From the NCBI RefSeq assembly GCF_016127575.1, contig NZ_CP066018.1:2820001-2852000 (forward strand): a stretch of 32,000 nt of DNA, given 5' to 3'. Position 1 is the first letter of the stretch, and every line of letters begins with the position of its first letter. The notes under the pieces are model-generated. The model made no database searches. It saw only the letters and a program-made list of their open reading frames with translations, and had not been told where the DNA came from. Position numbers and translations under genes: made by a program. Origin of the DNA: Cupriavidus necator (GTDB lineage: Bacteria > Pseudomonadota > Gammaproteobacteria > Burkholderiales > Burkholderiaceae). This document shows positions 9,577 through 17,964 of this stretch, in pieces.

Positions 9577-11628
9577 ATGCCTGAAGCCCAGTCGCGCTTT
9601 CGCCGACGGTTGCTGCTGTACTACGGCCTGTTCACGCTAGGGTTGTTCGGCTTCGTCGGCATGATGGGGCTGCTTGAAAAGTCCAATGCCGATGCGCTGT
9701 GGCTCGGCTACGTCTTCCTCTTCATCACCATCGCGATCTATGCCTGCATCGGCCTGATCTGCCGCACCTCTGACCTGAACGAGTACTACGTTGCCTCGCG
9801 GCGCGTGCCGGCGCTGTTCAACGGCATGGCGATTGCCGCCGACTGGATGAGCGCGGCGTCCTTCATCGGCCTGGCCGGCATCCTGTTTGCCTCGGGCTAC
9901 GAAGGGCTGGCCTATGTGATGGGCTGGACCGGCGGCTACTGCCTGGTGGCCTTCCTGCTGGCGCCGTACCTACGCAAGTACGGCGGCTACACCATTCCCG
10001 ATTTCCTCGCGGCGCGCTACGGCAACGGCAAGCCCGGCGGCAACCTGCCAGTGCGCGCGATCGCGGTGCTGGCGGCCTCGCTCTGCTCCTTCGTCTACCT
10101 GGTTGCGCAGATCCAGGGCGTGGGGCTGGTGGTGACGCGCTTTATCGGCGTGGAGTTTGCCGTCGGCATCTTCTTCGGGCTGGCCGGCATCCTGGTGTGC
10201 TCGTTCCTGGGCGGCATGCGCGCGGTCACATGGACGCAGGTGGCGCAGTACATCATGATGATCGTCGCCTTCCTGGTCACGGTATCGATGATCGCGTGGA
10301 AGCATCACCACGAAGCGTTGCCGCAGCTCAGCTACGGCACGCTGCTGTCGCAACTCGACGCGCGCGAGCAGCAGCTGGAGCGCGAGCCGGCCGAGCAGGC
10401 CGTGCGCGAGTACTACCGGCAGCAGGCCATCCTGCTGCAGGAGCGCATCGCCCGGCTGCCCGATTCCTTTGCCCAGGAGCGTGACGCGCTCGACGCGCGG
10501 CTGCAGGACCTGCGCACGCGCAATGCCCCGCTGCGCGACATCAAGTCGCTGGAGCGCGAACGGCTGGAATTCCCGCGCGACCCCGCGGCGGCACAGCAGC
10601 AGTGGAACCAGCAGCGGGCAGACGCACTGGCCCGCAGCCGCCATTCGCTGTCATCGACCGAACCCTATCCCGCGGCATCGGAGCAGGAGCGCAAGACCAA
10701 GCGGCTGAATTTTGTCCTGCTGGTGTTCTGCCTGATGGTCGGCACCGCCAGCCTGCCGCACATCCTGACGCGGCTCTACACCACCCCGTCGGTCAAGGAA
10801 ACGCGCAACTCCGTGGCCTGGGCCGTGTTCTTCATCGCCTTGCTGTACGTGTCCGCGCCCACGCTGGCAGCGTTGGTCAAATTCGAGTTCTTCCAGCACC
10901 TGGTGGGAACCCCCTACGCCGAATTGCCGCAGTGGGTGGTGCAATGGCGCAAGGTCGATCCACCCGTGTTCGGCATCCGCGATGTCAACGGCGACGGCAT
11001 CGTGCAATGGGCCGAGATCCTGCTCCAGCCCGACATGATCGTGCTGGCCGCCCCGGAAATCGCCGGCCTGCCATACGTGATCTCCGGCCTGATCGCCGCC
11101 GGCGCCCTGGCCGCGGCGCTGTCCACCGCCGACGGCCTGTTGCTGACCATCGCCAATGCGCTCTCGCACGACGTCTTCTATCACATGGTCGACCGCCAGG
11201 CGAGCCACCAGCGGCGCGTCACCACCGCCAAGATCGTGTTGCTGGGCGTGGCGCTTTTTGCCTCCTACGTCACATCGCTGCGCCCCGGCAATATCCTCTT
11301 CCTGGTCGGCGCTGCGTTCTCGCTGGCCGCCTCCAGCTTCTTTCCGGTACTGGTCCTCGGCATCTTCTGGCGCCGCACCACCGCCGCCGGCGCAGTCGCC
11401 GGCATGGCCGCCGGGCTGGGCGTGGCGGTCTACTACATCATCGTCAACTACCCGTTCTTCACCCGCATGACCGGCATCTTCGGCAACCGCTGGTTCGGCG
11501 TCGACCCGATCGCCTCCGGCGCCTTCGGTGTGCCGGCGGGCTTCGCCGTGGCCATCATCGTCAGCCTGCTGACGCCACGCAATGCACCGGTGATCGACCG
11601 GCTGGTGAGCTACCTGCGCAAGGGGTAG
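9577..11628 (+). CDS. Sodium:solute symporter family protein (ActP-like cation/acetate symporter) with a large hydrophilic insertion
   Basis: 683 aa. The SSS signature region is YYVASRRVPALFNGMAIAADWMSAASFIGLAGILFASGYEGLAY, with multiple TM segments on both sides. Residues ~242-377 are charged, Q/R/E-rich and not membrane-like. The gene lies directly downstream of acs. Confidence 0.85.
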   Translation: MPEAQSRFRRRLLLYYGLFTLGLFGFVGMMGLLEKSNADALWLGYVFLFITIAIYACIGLICRTSDLNEYYVASRRVPALFNGMAIAADWMSAASFIGLAGILFASGYEGLAYVMGWTGGYCLVAFLLAPYLRKYGGYTIPDFLAARYGNGKPGGNLPVRAIAVLAASLCSFVYLVAQIQGVGLVVTRFIGVEFAVGIFFGLAGILVCSFLGGMRAVTWTQVAQYIMMIVAFLVTVSMIAWKHHHEALPQLSYGTLLSQLDAREQQLEREPAEQAVREYYRQQAILLQERIARLPDSFAQERDALDARLQDLRTRNAPLRDIKSLERERLEFPRDPAAAQQQWNQQRADALARSRHSLSSTEPYPAASEQERKTKRLNFVLLVFCLMVGTASLPHILTRLYTTPSVKETRNSVAWAVFFIALLYVSAPTLAALVKFEFFQHLVGTPYAELPQWVVQWRKVDPPVFGIRDVNGDGIVQWAEILLQPDMIVLAAPEIAGLPYVISGLIAAGALAAALSTADGLLLTIANALSHDVFYHMVDRQASHQRRVTTAKIVLLGVALFASYVTSLRPGNILFLVGAAFSLAASSFFPVLVLGIFWRRTTAAGAVAGMAAGLGVAVYYIIVNYPFFTRMTGIFGNRWFGVDPIASGAFGVPAGFAVAIIVSLLTPRNAPVIDRLVSYLRKG

Positions 11629-11695
11629 GGCGAATGGGGTTGTCAAGTAAGGGGGGATACGGCGACGAGGCACTGGATTCGCCAGGCAACTCTGC

Positions 11696-11701
11696 TATAA
11701 T
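11696..11701 (+). promoter_or_regulatory. Possible -10 element (TATAAT) for tRNA-Ser
   Basis: A perfect TATAAT lies 12 nt upstream of the mature tRNA 5' end. The -35 region is weak (CTGGAT/TGGATT). Confidence 0.35.
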
Positions 11702-11713
11702 CTCGGACTTCCC

Positions 11714-11804
11714 GGAGAGATGGATGAGTGGTTTAAGTCGCACGCCTGGAAAGCGTGTATAGGTTAATAGCCTATCGGGGGTTCGAATCCCCCTCTCTCC
11801 GCCA
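11714..11804 (+). tRNA. tRNA-Ser (anticodon GGA)
   Basis: GGAGAGA acceptor stem pairs with TCTCTCC, followed by G and an encoded CCA. Anticodon stem CACGC/GCGTG with loop CTGGAAA gives anticodon GGA. It has a long class II variable arm (TATAGGTTAATAGCCTAT) and a T-arm GGGGGTTCGAATCCCCC. Length is 91 nt. Confidence 0.92.
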
Positions 11805-11823
11805 GAACACTATGCAAAGCAAA

Positions 11824-11848
11824 GCCGCCCGCCTGGGCGGCTTTTTTG
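11824..11848 (+). terminator. Rho-independent terminator after tRNA-Ser
   Basis: GCCGCCC (11824-11830), loop GCCT, GGGCGGC (11835-11841), followed by TTTTTTG. Confidence 0.7.
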
Positions 11849-12146
11849 TTTCCAGTCTCTGGTGGCTTCGTATGCCTGAAGGGCTCAAAGAAAAGCCCTC
11901 GGCCAGGGTAGGCGAGGGCTGAAGTAGTAGTGGGCGAGTCGCGGGATCGCCCGTGAGCGATGGTCGTATAGGACCTTGTATCGCGCATCCCTCTAAATAG
12001 AGGTGTTGCCGCAAGGCGACATGGCTATGCCAGCCATCTCGGCGCCGGATTGGCTGAGCGTGCCAAGCCAGTCGTTCTGTCCGCCAAGTTTTAGTGTCCG
12101 TGAGAGGGCTTCCGCCATTTACCCGGTGCCCGGTATCCTCCCGGCC

Positions 12147-12638
12147 ATGACCAAACTCACCTTCCAACTCGAAATCCGCCCCGCCTTGCCCGCAGACGCG
12201 CAAGCGGTGGAAGCCATCCTGACCGACACCTACCTCGGCACCTGGAAGCCGCAATTGACAGCCGCCGCGGCAGCTGCCTTTGAACGGCAAGGCAAGACCC
12301 GAAGCTACGTCGAAGCGCGCCTGCAAGCATTCCGCGTAGCCTGCGTGGATGGCGTGCCCGCCGCGATGGTGGATTGGGAAAACAATTTTGTCTGGGCCCT
12401 GCATGTCGGGCGGGCATGGCAACGCATGGGGCTGGGCGGGGCGCTGCTGGCCCATGCCGAAGGCGAGATTGCCCGCGCCGGGCATTGCGAGGCGAGGCTG
12501 GAGACGGACACATTCAACGTGCAAAGCCGCTCGTTCTACCGGCGCCATGGTTATGCCGAGATCGATTTCTATCCCGACGAAAGCTGGGACAGCGGCTTTA
12601 CCACTGTGCTGCTGTCGAAAGCGCTGCCGCCAGCCTGA
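12147..12638 (+). CDS. GNAT-family N-acetyltransferase
   Basis: ORF 12003..12638. I start at ATG 12147 (MTKLTFQLEIRPALPADAQAVEAIL), giving 163 aa. The acetyl-CoA binding motif A is present as VGRAWQRMGLGGALL. The upstream 48 codons look non-coding. Confidence 0.75.
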   Translation: MTKLTFQLEIRPALPADAQAVEAILTDTYLGTWKPQLTAAAAAAFERQGKTRSYVEARLQAFRVACVDGVPAAMVDWENNFVWALHVGRAWQRMGLGGALLAHAEGEIARAGHCEARLETDTFNVQSRSFYRRHGYAEIDFYPDESWDSGFTTVLLSKALPPA

Positions 12639-12757
12639 GCCTGCGCGCCGGCGCCGGCTTGGCACGGGTAGCCAACCTCATGCGCAAATTGCATGAACCT
12701 GTGTGCCTGCCCGTGAAAGAATCAGGCATCTATTTCGAATCTATGGCACTTGCCCCA

Positions 12758-13606
12758 ATGTCCGAACCCATCGTTCACCTCAACGGCACCCTGACCCCTC
12801 TCTCCGAAGCCCGCATCCCCGTCCTCGACCGCGGCTTCATCTTTGGCGATGGCATCTACGAAGTCATCCCTTACTACAACGGCAAGCCATTCCGCGCGGA
12901 CCAGCATCTGGCCCGCCTGCACCGCAGCCTGGAGGGCATCGGGATTCCCGATCCATACAGCGCCGGGCAGTGGCTGGAGCTGGTCGGCGAGGTGGTCGAG
13001 GCCAACGGCCTGTCGGACCAGCTGGTCTACATCCAGGTGTCGCGCGGCGTCGCCAAGCGCACGCATGCGTTTCCGAAGGAGGTCGTGCCGACGGTGCTGA
13101 TCATGACCAACCCGATGGCGTTGCCGTCGGCGCAGATGCTTGAGCAGGGCGTGGCGTGCGTGACGATGGAGGACCGGCGCTGGCTGAACTGCCAGATCAA
13201 GTCGACGTCGCTGCTGGGCAACGTGCTGGCGGCGCAGCATGCGGTGGAGCACGGCGTGATCGAGGCGATCCAGTTCCGGGATGGCTGGCTGACCGAGGCG
13301 TCGGCGTCTAATGTGTGGGTGGTGCGCGATGGCCGCGTGATGGCGCCGCCCAAGGACAACCTGATCCTGGAAGGCATCCGCTACGGGTTCATGGAAGAGG
13401 TCTGTGCCGCGCTGGGGATTGCGCTGGAGGCGCGCCGCATTGCGAAGGAAGAGGTGTTCGCCGCCGATGAGGTGATGCTGTCGTCGGCCAGCAAGGAGCT
13501 GCTGCCAGTGGTGACCATCGATGGCCGCGCCATCGGCAAGGGGGTGCCGGGGCCGGTCTTTGGCCGGCTTTACGCTGCGTACCAGGCTGCCAAGGCTGCG
13601 CTTTGA
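12758..13606 (+). CDS. Class IV PLP aminotransferase, D-amino-acid aminotransferase-like
   Basis: The long ORF from 12374 overlaps the GNAT gene and is rejected. The conserved protein begins MSEPIVHLNG (ATG 12758; an alternative ATG at 12743 gives MALAP-). Motifs: VLDRGFIFGDGIYEV, the Lys context NCQIKSTSLLGNVLA, and EASASNVWVV. Confidence 0.8.
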   Translation: MSEPIVHLNGTLTPLSEARIPVLDRGFIFGDGIYEVIPYYNGKPFRADQHLARLHRSLEGIGIPDPYSAGQWLELVGEVVEANGLSDQLVYIQVSRGVAKRTHAFPKEVVPTVLIMTNPMALPSAQMLEQGVACVTMEDRRWLNCQIKSTSLLGNVLAAQHAVEHGVIEAIQFRDGWLTEASASNVWVVRDGRVMAPPKDNLILEGIRYGFMEEVCAALGIALEARRIAKEEVFAADEVMLSSASKELLPVVTIDGRAIGKGVPGPVFGRLYAAYQAAKAAL

Positions 13607-13657
13607 GCTGATTTGCGTGCGTGCTAGGATGCCTCGGGATCGATCGAGGAGTCAGCC

Positions 13658-13933
13658 ATGGCCAAGCGTGAGCGTGGCCGGCGTGCCCTGCAGGACGAGG
13701 TGAGCCGGCGCATCCAGCAAATCTATGAAATCGGCGAGGACGGCGCCAAGGTCCGGGTGCCGGCGCCTGTGCCGCACGCGCGCGATGCGCGCGGGCGCAA
13801 CTGGAATATGACGGGCTTCGGCAATGCGTCCGGCTACGAGGCCAGCATCCGCGCGGTGGTCGACAAGGTGCGCGACGAGTTCGACCTGAGCGACGCGCCG
13901 GAGAACCGCGCGCCCAATCCGTTCGGGGACTGA
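13658..13933 (+). CDS. Hypothetical 91-aa protein
   Basis: GAGGAG lies 6 nt upstream of ATG 13658. The protein is basic at the N-terminus and acidic at the C-terminus. I recognise no family. Confidence 0.55.
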   Translation: MAKRERGRRALQDEVSRRIQQIYEIGEDGAKVRVPAPVPHARDARGRNWNMTGFGNASGYEASIRAVVDKVRDEFDLSDAPENRAPNPFGD

Positions 13934-13949
13934 AGCGCCGGCCGTCGTC

Positions 13950-14483
13950 CTACTCGACCGATACGACGATGGCGACGCGCCGGTTCTCGCTGCGTCCGGC
14001 GGCGGTGCGGTTGTCGGCCACTGGGCGGCTCTTGCCCCGTCCGCGAACTTCGATGTTTTCCGGCGCAAAGCCGGCGCCCGCCAGCAGCCTTGCCACCGCT
14101 TCGGCGCGCCGCACTGACAGCGACTGGTTGTATTCGGCCGAGCCCGCGTCGTCGGTGTGGCCATCCACGCGCAGGCGCTCGATGCCCGCGCCCTTCAGCG
14201 CCCGCCCGAGGCGCTGCACATTGGCGGCGCGCTCAGCGTCGATCAGGTCCTCATTGAATCCGAACAGCAGCTTGTCTGACAAGCCGAGTTCCCAGCCTTC
14301 ATCGGTCAGGGCGAAGCCTTCCTGCTTCAGCACCGCGACCTGGGCCGGAGACAGCCCGGTGGCGGGCGGCGCGGTCTGGCAGCCGGCCAGCGACAGCCCC
14401 GCCAGCACGACGGCGGCGAGCCAGAGTTTCCACAGGGACTTCCAGCAGGGCGGGGTCAGGCGTTCGGGCATGCGGGTTCTCAT
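13950..14483 (-). CDS. yfiB: OmpA-like peptidoglycan-binding outer-membrane lipoprotein, YfiB-type
   Basis: I start at ATG 14483, which overlaps the stop of the upstream cyclase gene as ATGA. The signal peptide has lipobox LAGC. The C-terminal OmpA_C-like domain reads VDGHTDDAGSAEYNQSLSVRRAEAVA...NRRV. It is third in a yfiR-yfiN-yfiB order. Confidence 0.75.
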   Translation of the reverse strand: MRTRMPERLTPPCWKSLWKLWLAAVVLAGLSLAGCQTAPPATGLSPAQVAVLKQEGFALTDEGWELGLSDKLLFGFNEDLIDAERAANVQRLGRALKGAGIERLRVDGHTDDAGSAEYNQSLSVRRAEAVARLLAGAGFAPENIEVRGRGKSRPVADNRTAAGRSENRRVAIVVSVE

Positions 14484-15745
14484 TGCGTGACGTCCAGGCG
14501 CGGCTCGGCGCTTTGCCAAGTGCCGCCGGAGCGCCGCTTGGCGCCGTACATGGCGGCGTCGGCCGCGTGCAGCAGCGCCTGGCTGCCTTGCGCGTGGACA
14601 GGGAAGACGGCCAGGCCGATGCTGAGCGACGCCTGCACCGTGCTGCCGTCGGGCAGGTCGATCGGGGCGGACATCGCCTGCAGGATATGCTCGGCGATAT
14701 GGATGGCGTCGCGCGGCGCGCGCAGCGCTGCGGCCAGCACGGCGAATTCGTCGCCGCCGATGCGTGCCACGGTGTCGCCGGCGCGCAGGCTGGCGCGGAT
14801 GCGCTGGGCCACGGCCACCAGCACGGCATCGCCGGCGGCATGGCCGTGGCGGTCGTTGATGTTCTTGAAATCGTCACTGTCCAGGTACAGCACGGCCGCG
14901 TATTCGTCGTTGGCAGCGGCATGGCGCACAGCGTGCTCCAGCGCTTCGACGAAGGCGGCGCGGTTGAGCAGGCCGGTCAGCGCATCGTGGTTGGCGCGGT
15001 GGGCGAGCGAGCGGTTCTCGTGCTGCATCTGGTTCTGCCAGGTCTGCAGTTCGTCCAGCAGGCCGTTGAAGTCCTCGCTGAGGGCATTGAGTTCCGCGAT
15101 GCTGGCCGGCGGCGTGCGCTGCGCGAAATCGCGCTTGGAACGCACCGCGTGCGCCACGCGCATCAGGTTGCGCAGCGGCTCGACGATCTGCACCAGCAGC
15201 CGGCTGGCCAGGTAGTGGGCGCCGACGGCGGTCAGCAGCAGGCAGCCAAGCAGGCCGAGCGCGCCGCGCAGCAGGAAATGCAGCAGGTTGCGGGGATCGC
15301 CACTGACGCGCAGCATGCCGACCTGTTGCGTCTGGTGCAGGATCGGTTGTTCCACGACCCCCATGCTCAGCCACTCGCTCAGCACGTGGCGCAAGCCGGT
15401 CAGTGGCGCCTGGCCGGGGCGCTGCCATTCGGCCAGCACGTGGTTGCCGTGGTCGTAGACGGTGGCGCGCGCGATGTCCTCGGACGCGGCGATGGCCGCC
15501 AGTGTCTCGCCGGTGGCCGCCTGGTCGCGGAATACGACCGGCGCCTCCAGGGTGTAGGCGATCGAGCGGGCCACCAGCCGCACGTTGTGGTCGGCATAGA
15601 CGCGCAGTGCGGTCAGGCCGAGGGCGGTCAGCGATACCCCGGCAGTAAATACCGCGATCAGCGCCACGCCCAGGTGGATCCGGCGCAGCACGCTGTAGAG
15701 GGTGGGGCGGGCGCCGTTGCCGCGCGCCGGCTGGTGGGCGCTCAT
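14480..15745 (-). CDS. yfiN: Membrane diguanylate cyclase, YfiN/TpbB-type (TM, periplasmic sensor, TM, HAMP, GGDEF)
   Basis: The 542-aa track ORF is over-extended. ATG 15745 (MSAHQPARG...) overlaps the yfiR stop as ATGA and gives 421 aa. There are two TM segments flanking a ~130-aa periplasmic region, then a HAMP-like linker. The active site is RIGGDEF, with an RAGD (RxxD) I-site exactly 5 residues upstream. Confidence 0.8.
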   Translation of the reverse strand: MSAHQPARGNGARPTLYSVLRRIHLGVALIAVFTAGVSLTALGLTALRVYADHNVRLVARSIAYTLEAPVVFRDQAATGETLAAIAASEDIARATVYDHGNHVLAEWQRPGQAPLTGLRHVLSEWLSMGVVEQPILHQTQQVGMLRVSGDPRNLLHFLLRGALGLLGCLLLTAVGAHYLASRLLVQIVEPLRNLMRVAHAVRSKRDFAQRTPPASIAELNALSEDFNGLLDELQTWQNQMQHENRSLAHRANHDALTGLLNRAAFVEALEHAVRHAAANDEYAAVLYLDSDDFKNINDRHGHAAGDAVLVAVAQRIRASLRAGDTVARIGGDEFAVLAAALRAPRDAIHIAEHILQAMSAPIDLPDGSTVQASLSIGLAVFPVHAQGSQALLHAADAAMYGAKRRSGGTWQSAEPRLDVTQ

Positions 15746-16341
15746 GACGGCGCTCCCTTGCGGCGGCCCAGCTGCAGCACGCCGGGGTGCACGTGCACGC
15801 CGCTGCGGGCGAGCGTGTCGAGGTTGACGCGGAACGAGACCTGCTGGTCGCGGATGTTCAGGCAGAACATGCTGCCGACCTCGCACTCGAAGTCTTCCTC
15901 GGCGATCACCAGCACAGGGCGGCCGGTCAGCTCGCCCGACAGCCGCTTGCGGCGGGCTTCGTTCATGGCGCCGATGTAGAGGGCATCGCAGGCCGGATGC
16001 AGCATGTCGGCCAGCACGTCGACCTGGCGCGCGCGCACCGGGCGACCGTTGGCGAGCGTGCCGCCTTCCATCAGCCGCGCGGAGTAGCGGCTGGTGCTGT
16101 CCACGCACAGCCGCACCGGGTCGCGCTCAACCGGCCAGCGTGCATACCCCAGCAGGCTGAAGACCACGCGCGCGACCAGGTCGGTGCGCTGCGGCGCGGG
16201 CTGCGCCGTCACCGCCGGCGGCAGCATGGCCGGCAGCACCGCCAGCGTCACGGCGAGCAGGGCCGGCAGGGCGCGGCGCAGCAGCGGTGGACGTCGGGTG
16301 GAATCGGCACTGGGAAGGGCGCTGGCTGGGGCAGGAGCCAT
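15742..16341 (-). CDS. yfiR: Periplasmic YfiR-family (DUF4154) repressor of YfiN
   Basis: 199 aa with a signal peptide ending AVTAQP. It has the YARWP motif and four Cys, including a C-x7-C pair (CEVGSMFC). It is first in the three-gene cluster. Confidence 0.72.
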   Translation of the reverse strand: MAPAPASALPSADSTRRPPLLRRALPALLAVTLAVLPAMLPPAVTAQPAPQRTDLVARVVFSLLGYARWPVERDPVRLCVDSTSRYSARLMEGGTLANGRPVRARQVDVLADMLHPACDALYIGAMNEARRKRLSGELTGRPVLVIAEEDFECEVGSMFCLNIRDQQVSFRVNLDTLARSGVHVHPGVLQLGRRKGAPS

Positions 16342-16402
16342 GGTCTGGGAAAGGAGGTTCGGTACGGCCTGTATGGATGGTGGGCTGGCCGCAGCCGCGG
16401 TT

Positions 16403-16432
16403 ATTGTCCGGGGGCTGGTTCCGGGCGGTCAA
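16403..16432 (-). promoter_or_regulatory. Possible sigma70 promoter for yfiRNB
   Basis: Reverse strand reads TTGACC (16432-16427), an 18-nt spacer, then GACAAT (16408-16403), about 60 nt upstream of the yfiR ATG. Confidence 0.3.
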
Positions 16433-16574
16433 GCGTCCGGCACGGGCGGAATCCGCCCCGGAACCCGCTTGTGCGGGCATGCTTGCGTGGGGCCCGTTTG
16501 CGACGCGGCGTGATACGGAATGTTTAACGGTTTTGGGTCGTTTTCCTGAAGTCACGCGGGAACGCGCGCAGCGC

Positions 16575-16603
16575 TTCGCCGTGGCGGGCACAACACTTAG
16601 AAT
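16575..16603 (+). promoter_or_regulatory. Possible sigma70 promoter for the CopD-like gene
   Basis: TTCGCC (16575-16580), a 17-nt spacer, then TAGAAT (16598-16603), about 44 nt upstream of ATG 16647. Confidence 0.3.
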
Positions 16604-16646
16604 GGGTCCATCGTCCCCAACGCGCGCCTCGCCGCCGCATGCCGCC

Positions 16647-17108
16647 ATGATTGCCGACCCGCTTTTCCGCTTCCTGCACGTTGCCGGCGTTGCCGTCTGG
16701 GTGGGCGGCATGTTCTTCGCCTACCTGTGCCTGCGGCCGGTGGCCGGCACCGTGCTGGAACCGCCGCCGCGGCTGCGGCTCTGGCGCGGCGTGTTTGCCC
16801 GCTTCTTCCCGTGGGTATGGGCGGCGGTGATCGCGATCCTGCTGAGCGGTGCGGCGATGATGGCGGCAGTGGGCATGTCCGCTGCCCCACGCAACTGGCA
16901 CCTGATGATGGGCGTCGGCCTCGTCATGACGGTGATTTTCTGCTACGTGTGGTTTGGGCCGTATCGCGTGCTGGGCCGGGCCGTGGATGCCCAGGACTGG
17001 CCGGCCGCCGGTGCCGCGCTGAACCGCATCCGGCAGGCGGTGGGGACCAACCTGGTGCTCGGGCTGGTCAATATCGCCGTGGCCACGCTGGGGCGCTGGC
17101 TGGCCTGA
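16647..17108 (+). CDS. CopD-like 4-TM integral membrane protein
   Basis: The ORF from 16287 is over-extended. The hydrophobic protein starts MIADPLFRFLHVAGVAVWVGGMFF (ATG 16647, 153 aa). The first-helix motif HxxxxxxWxGG resembles CopD/HemJ-type small membrane proteins. The family assignment is tentative. Confidence 0.6.
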   Translation: MIADPLFRFLHVAGVAVWVGGMFFAYLCLRPVAGTVLEPPPRLRLWRGVFARFFPWVWAAVIAILLSGAAMMAAVGMSAAPRNWHLMMGVGLVMTVIFCYVWFGPYRVLGRAVDAQDWPAAGAALNRIRQAVGTNLVLGLVNIAVATLGRWLA

Positions 17109-17172
17109 GCGGCCCGATGCCCCGGCATGGCCCTGCATCGTCGCGTCACCACCTGGCAATGGGAGAGCCGTT

Positions 17173-17577
17173 ATGCGCGTCATCGCATGTCTTGCCGTCC
17201 TTGGCCTTGCAATGGCGGGCGCACCGGCCCGCGCCGAGCAAGGCAATGGCCTGAGCGCTGAATATGAACGCTGCATGGCCAAGGCCATCTCGACTGCCGA
17301 CATCCTCGGCTGCGCTGCGGTCGAAACACGGGTCCAGGACGTGGCGCTGAACAGCGCCTATCAAGGCTTGCTGCGGCGGCTGGAAGCGCCGCGCACCGGC
17401 CAGTTGCGGGTGGCGCAGCGTGCCTGGCTGGAATTCCGCCAGGCCAATTGCGCCTATGTGGCCAATCCGGCCGGCGGCACGGCCGCGCGCGTGGCCGGAG
17501 CGACCTGCATGGCCCGCATGAGCGCCGCGCGGGTGCGCGAATTGCGTGACTTCGCCACCGAGGCCGCCGCCCGGTGA
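17173..17577 (+). CDS. Secreted DUF1311 / LprI-like (lysozyme-inhibitor-like) protein
   Basis: 134 aa. GGGAGAG lies upstream and the signal peptide ends APARA-EQ. Four Cys are in the spacing I associate with DUF1311 (ERCM, LGCA, QANC, ATCM), with LNSAYQ and QRAWLEFR motifs. Confidence 0.7.
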   Translation: MRVIACLAVLGLAMAGAPARAEQGNGLSAEYERCMAKAISTADILGCAAVETRVQDVALNSAYQGLLRRLEAPRTGQLRVAQRAWLEFRQANCAYVANPAGGTAARVAGATCMARMSAARVRELRDFATEAAAR

Positions 17578-17644
17578 GCGGGCGAGCCATGTGCTAGAGT
17601 TCCCAGACACCTGTGCTGCGGCACGTCTCACCAGGAGATGGATC

Positions 17645-17848
17645 ATGGCAAGTGAATCGCGGAACAACCTGAAGGCCTTTGTGCAAACGGCGCCCCAGGC
17701 GGGGCGCTATGTGTGGGTCATCGCGCTGGTGGACTTCGGCGCGCAGCAGATCCGGCGCGCCATCGTCTCGGACGACACCTTCACCACCTCGGATGCCGCG
17801 CGGGTAGCGGGCGAGGCCCAGCTCAAGGCGATGGCCGAAGACCACTAG
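17645..17848 (+). CDS. Hypothetical 67-aa protein
   Basis: CAGGAG lies 7 nt upstream of ATG 17645. No signal peptide and no recognised family. Confidence 0.5.
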   Translation: MASESRNNLKAFVQTAPQAGRYVWVIALVDFGAQQIRRAIVSDDTFTTSDAARVAGEAQLKAMAEDH

Positions 17849-17964
17849 GCTGGGCCAGTGTTGCGCGCCGGCATCTTTGTGATCAACGGATACCGTTTCT
17901 TACATTGCGCCGGGATCGGTGCGCGCTAGACTGTGGGCATGTTCCTCCACAAGAAAGGACTCCC

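Noticed and set aside
11805-12146. Possible genomic-island integration site downstream of tRNA-Ser: 340 bp of non-coding DNA with several short hairpins and a weak echo (ATCCCTCT at ~11986) of the tRNA 3' end.
   Set aside because: No integrase, no convincing direct repeat of the tRNA 3' end, and no mobility genes. The flanking genes (GNAT, aminotransferase) look compositionally like the rest of the window. At most this is an ancient scar, and I cannot support it.
14480-16108. Over-extended 5' ends in the ORF track: 542-aa cyclase, 600-aa glpK (21672..23474), 410-aa aminotransferase (12374..13606), 462-aa ATPase (27078..28466), and also 16287..17108, 17713..18387 and 26120..27358.
   Set aside because: The extensions overlap the upstream gene or intergenic DNA and translate to Arg/Pro-rich junk. 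Internal starts coincide with SD sequences, ATGA or near-abutting junctions, and the conserved N-termini of the families.
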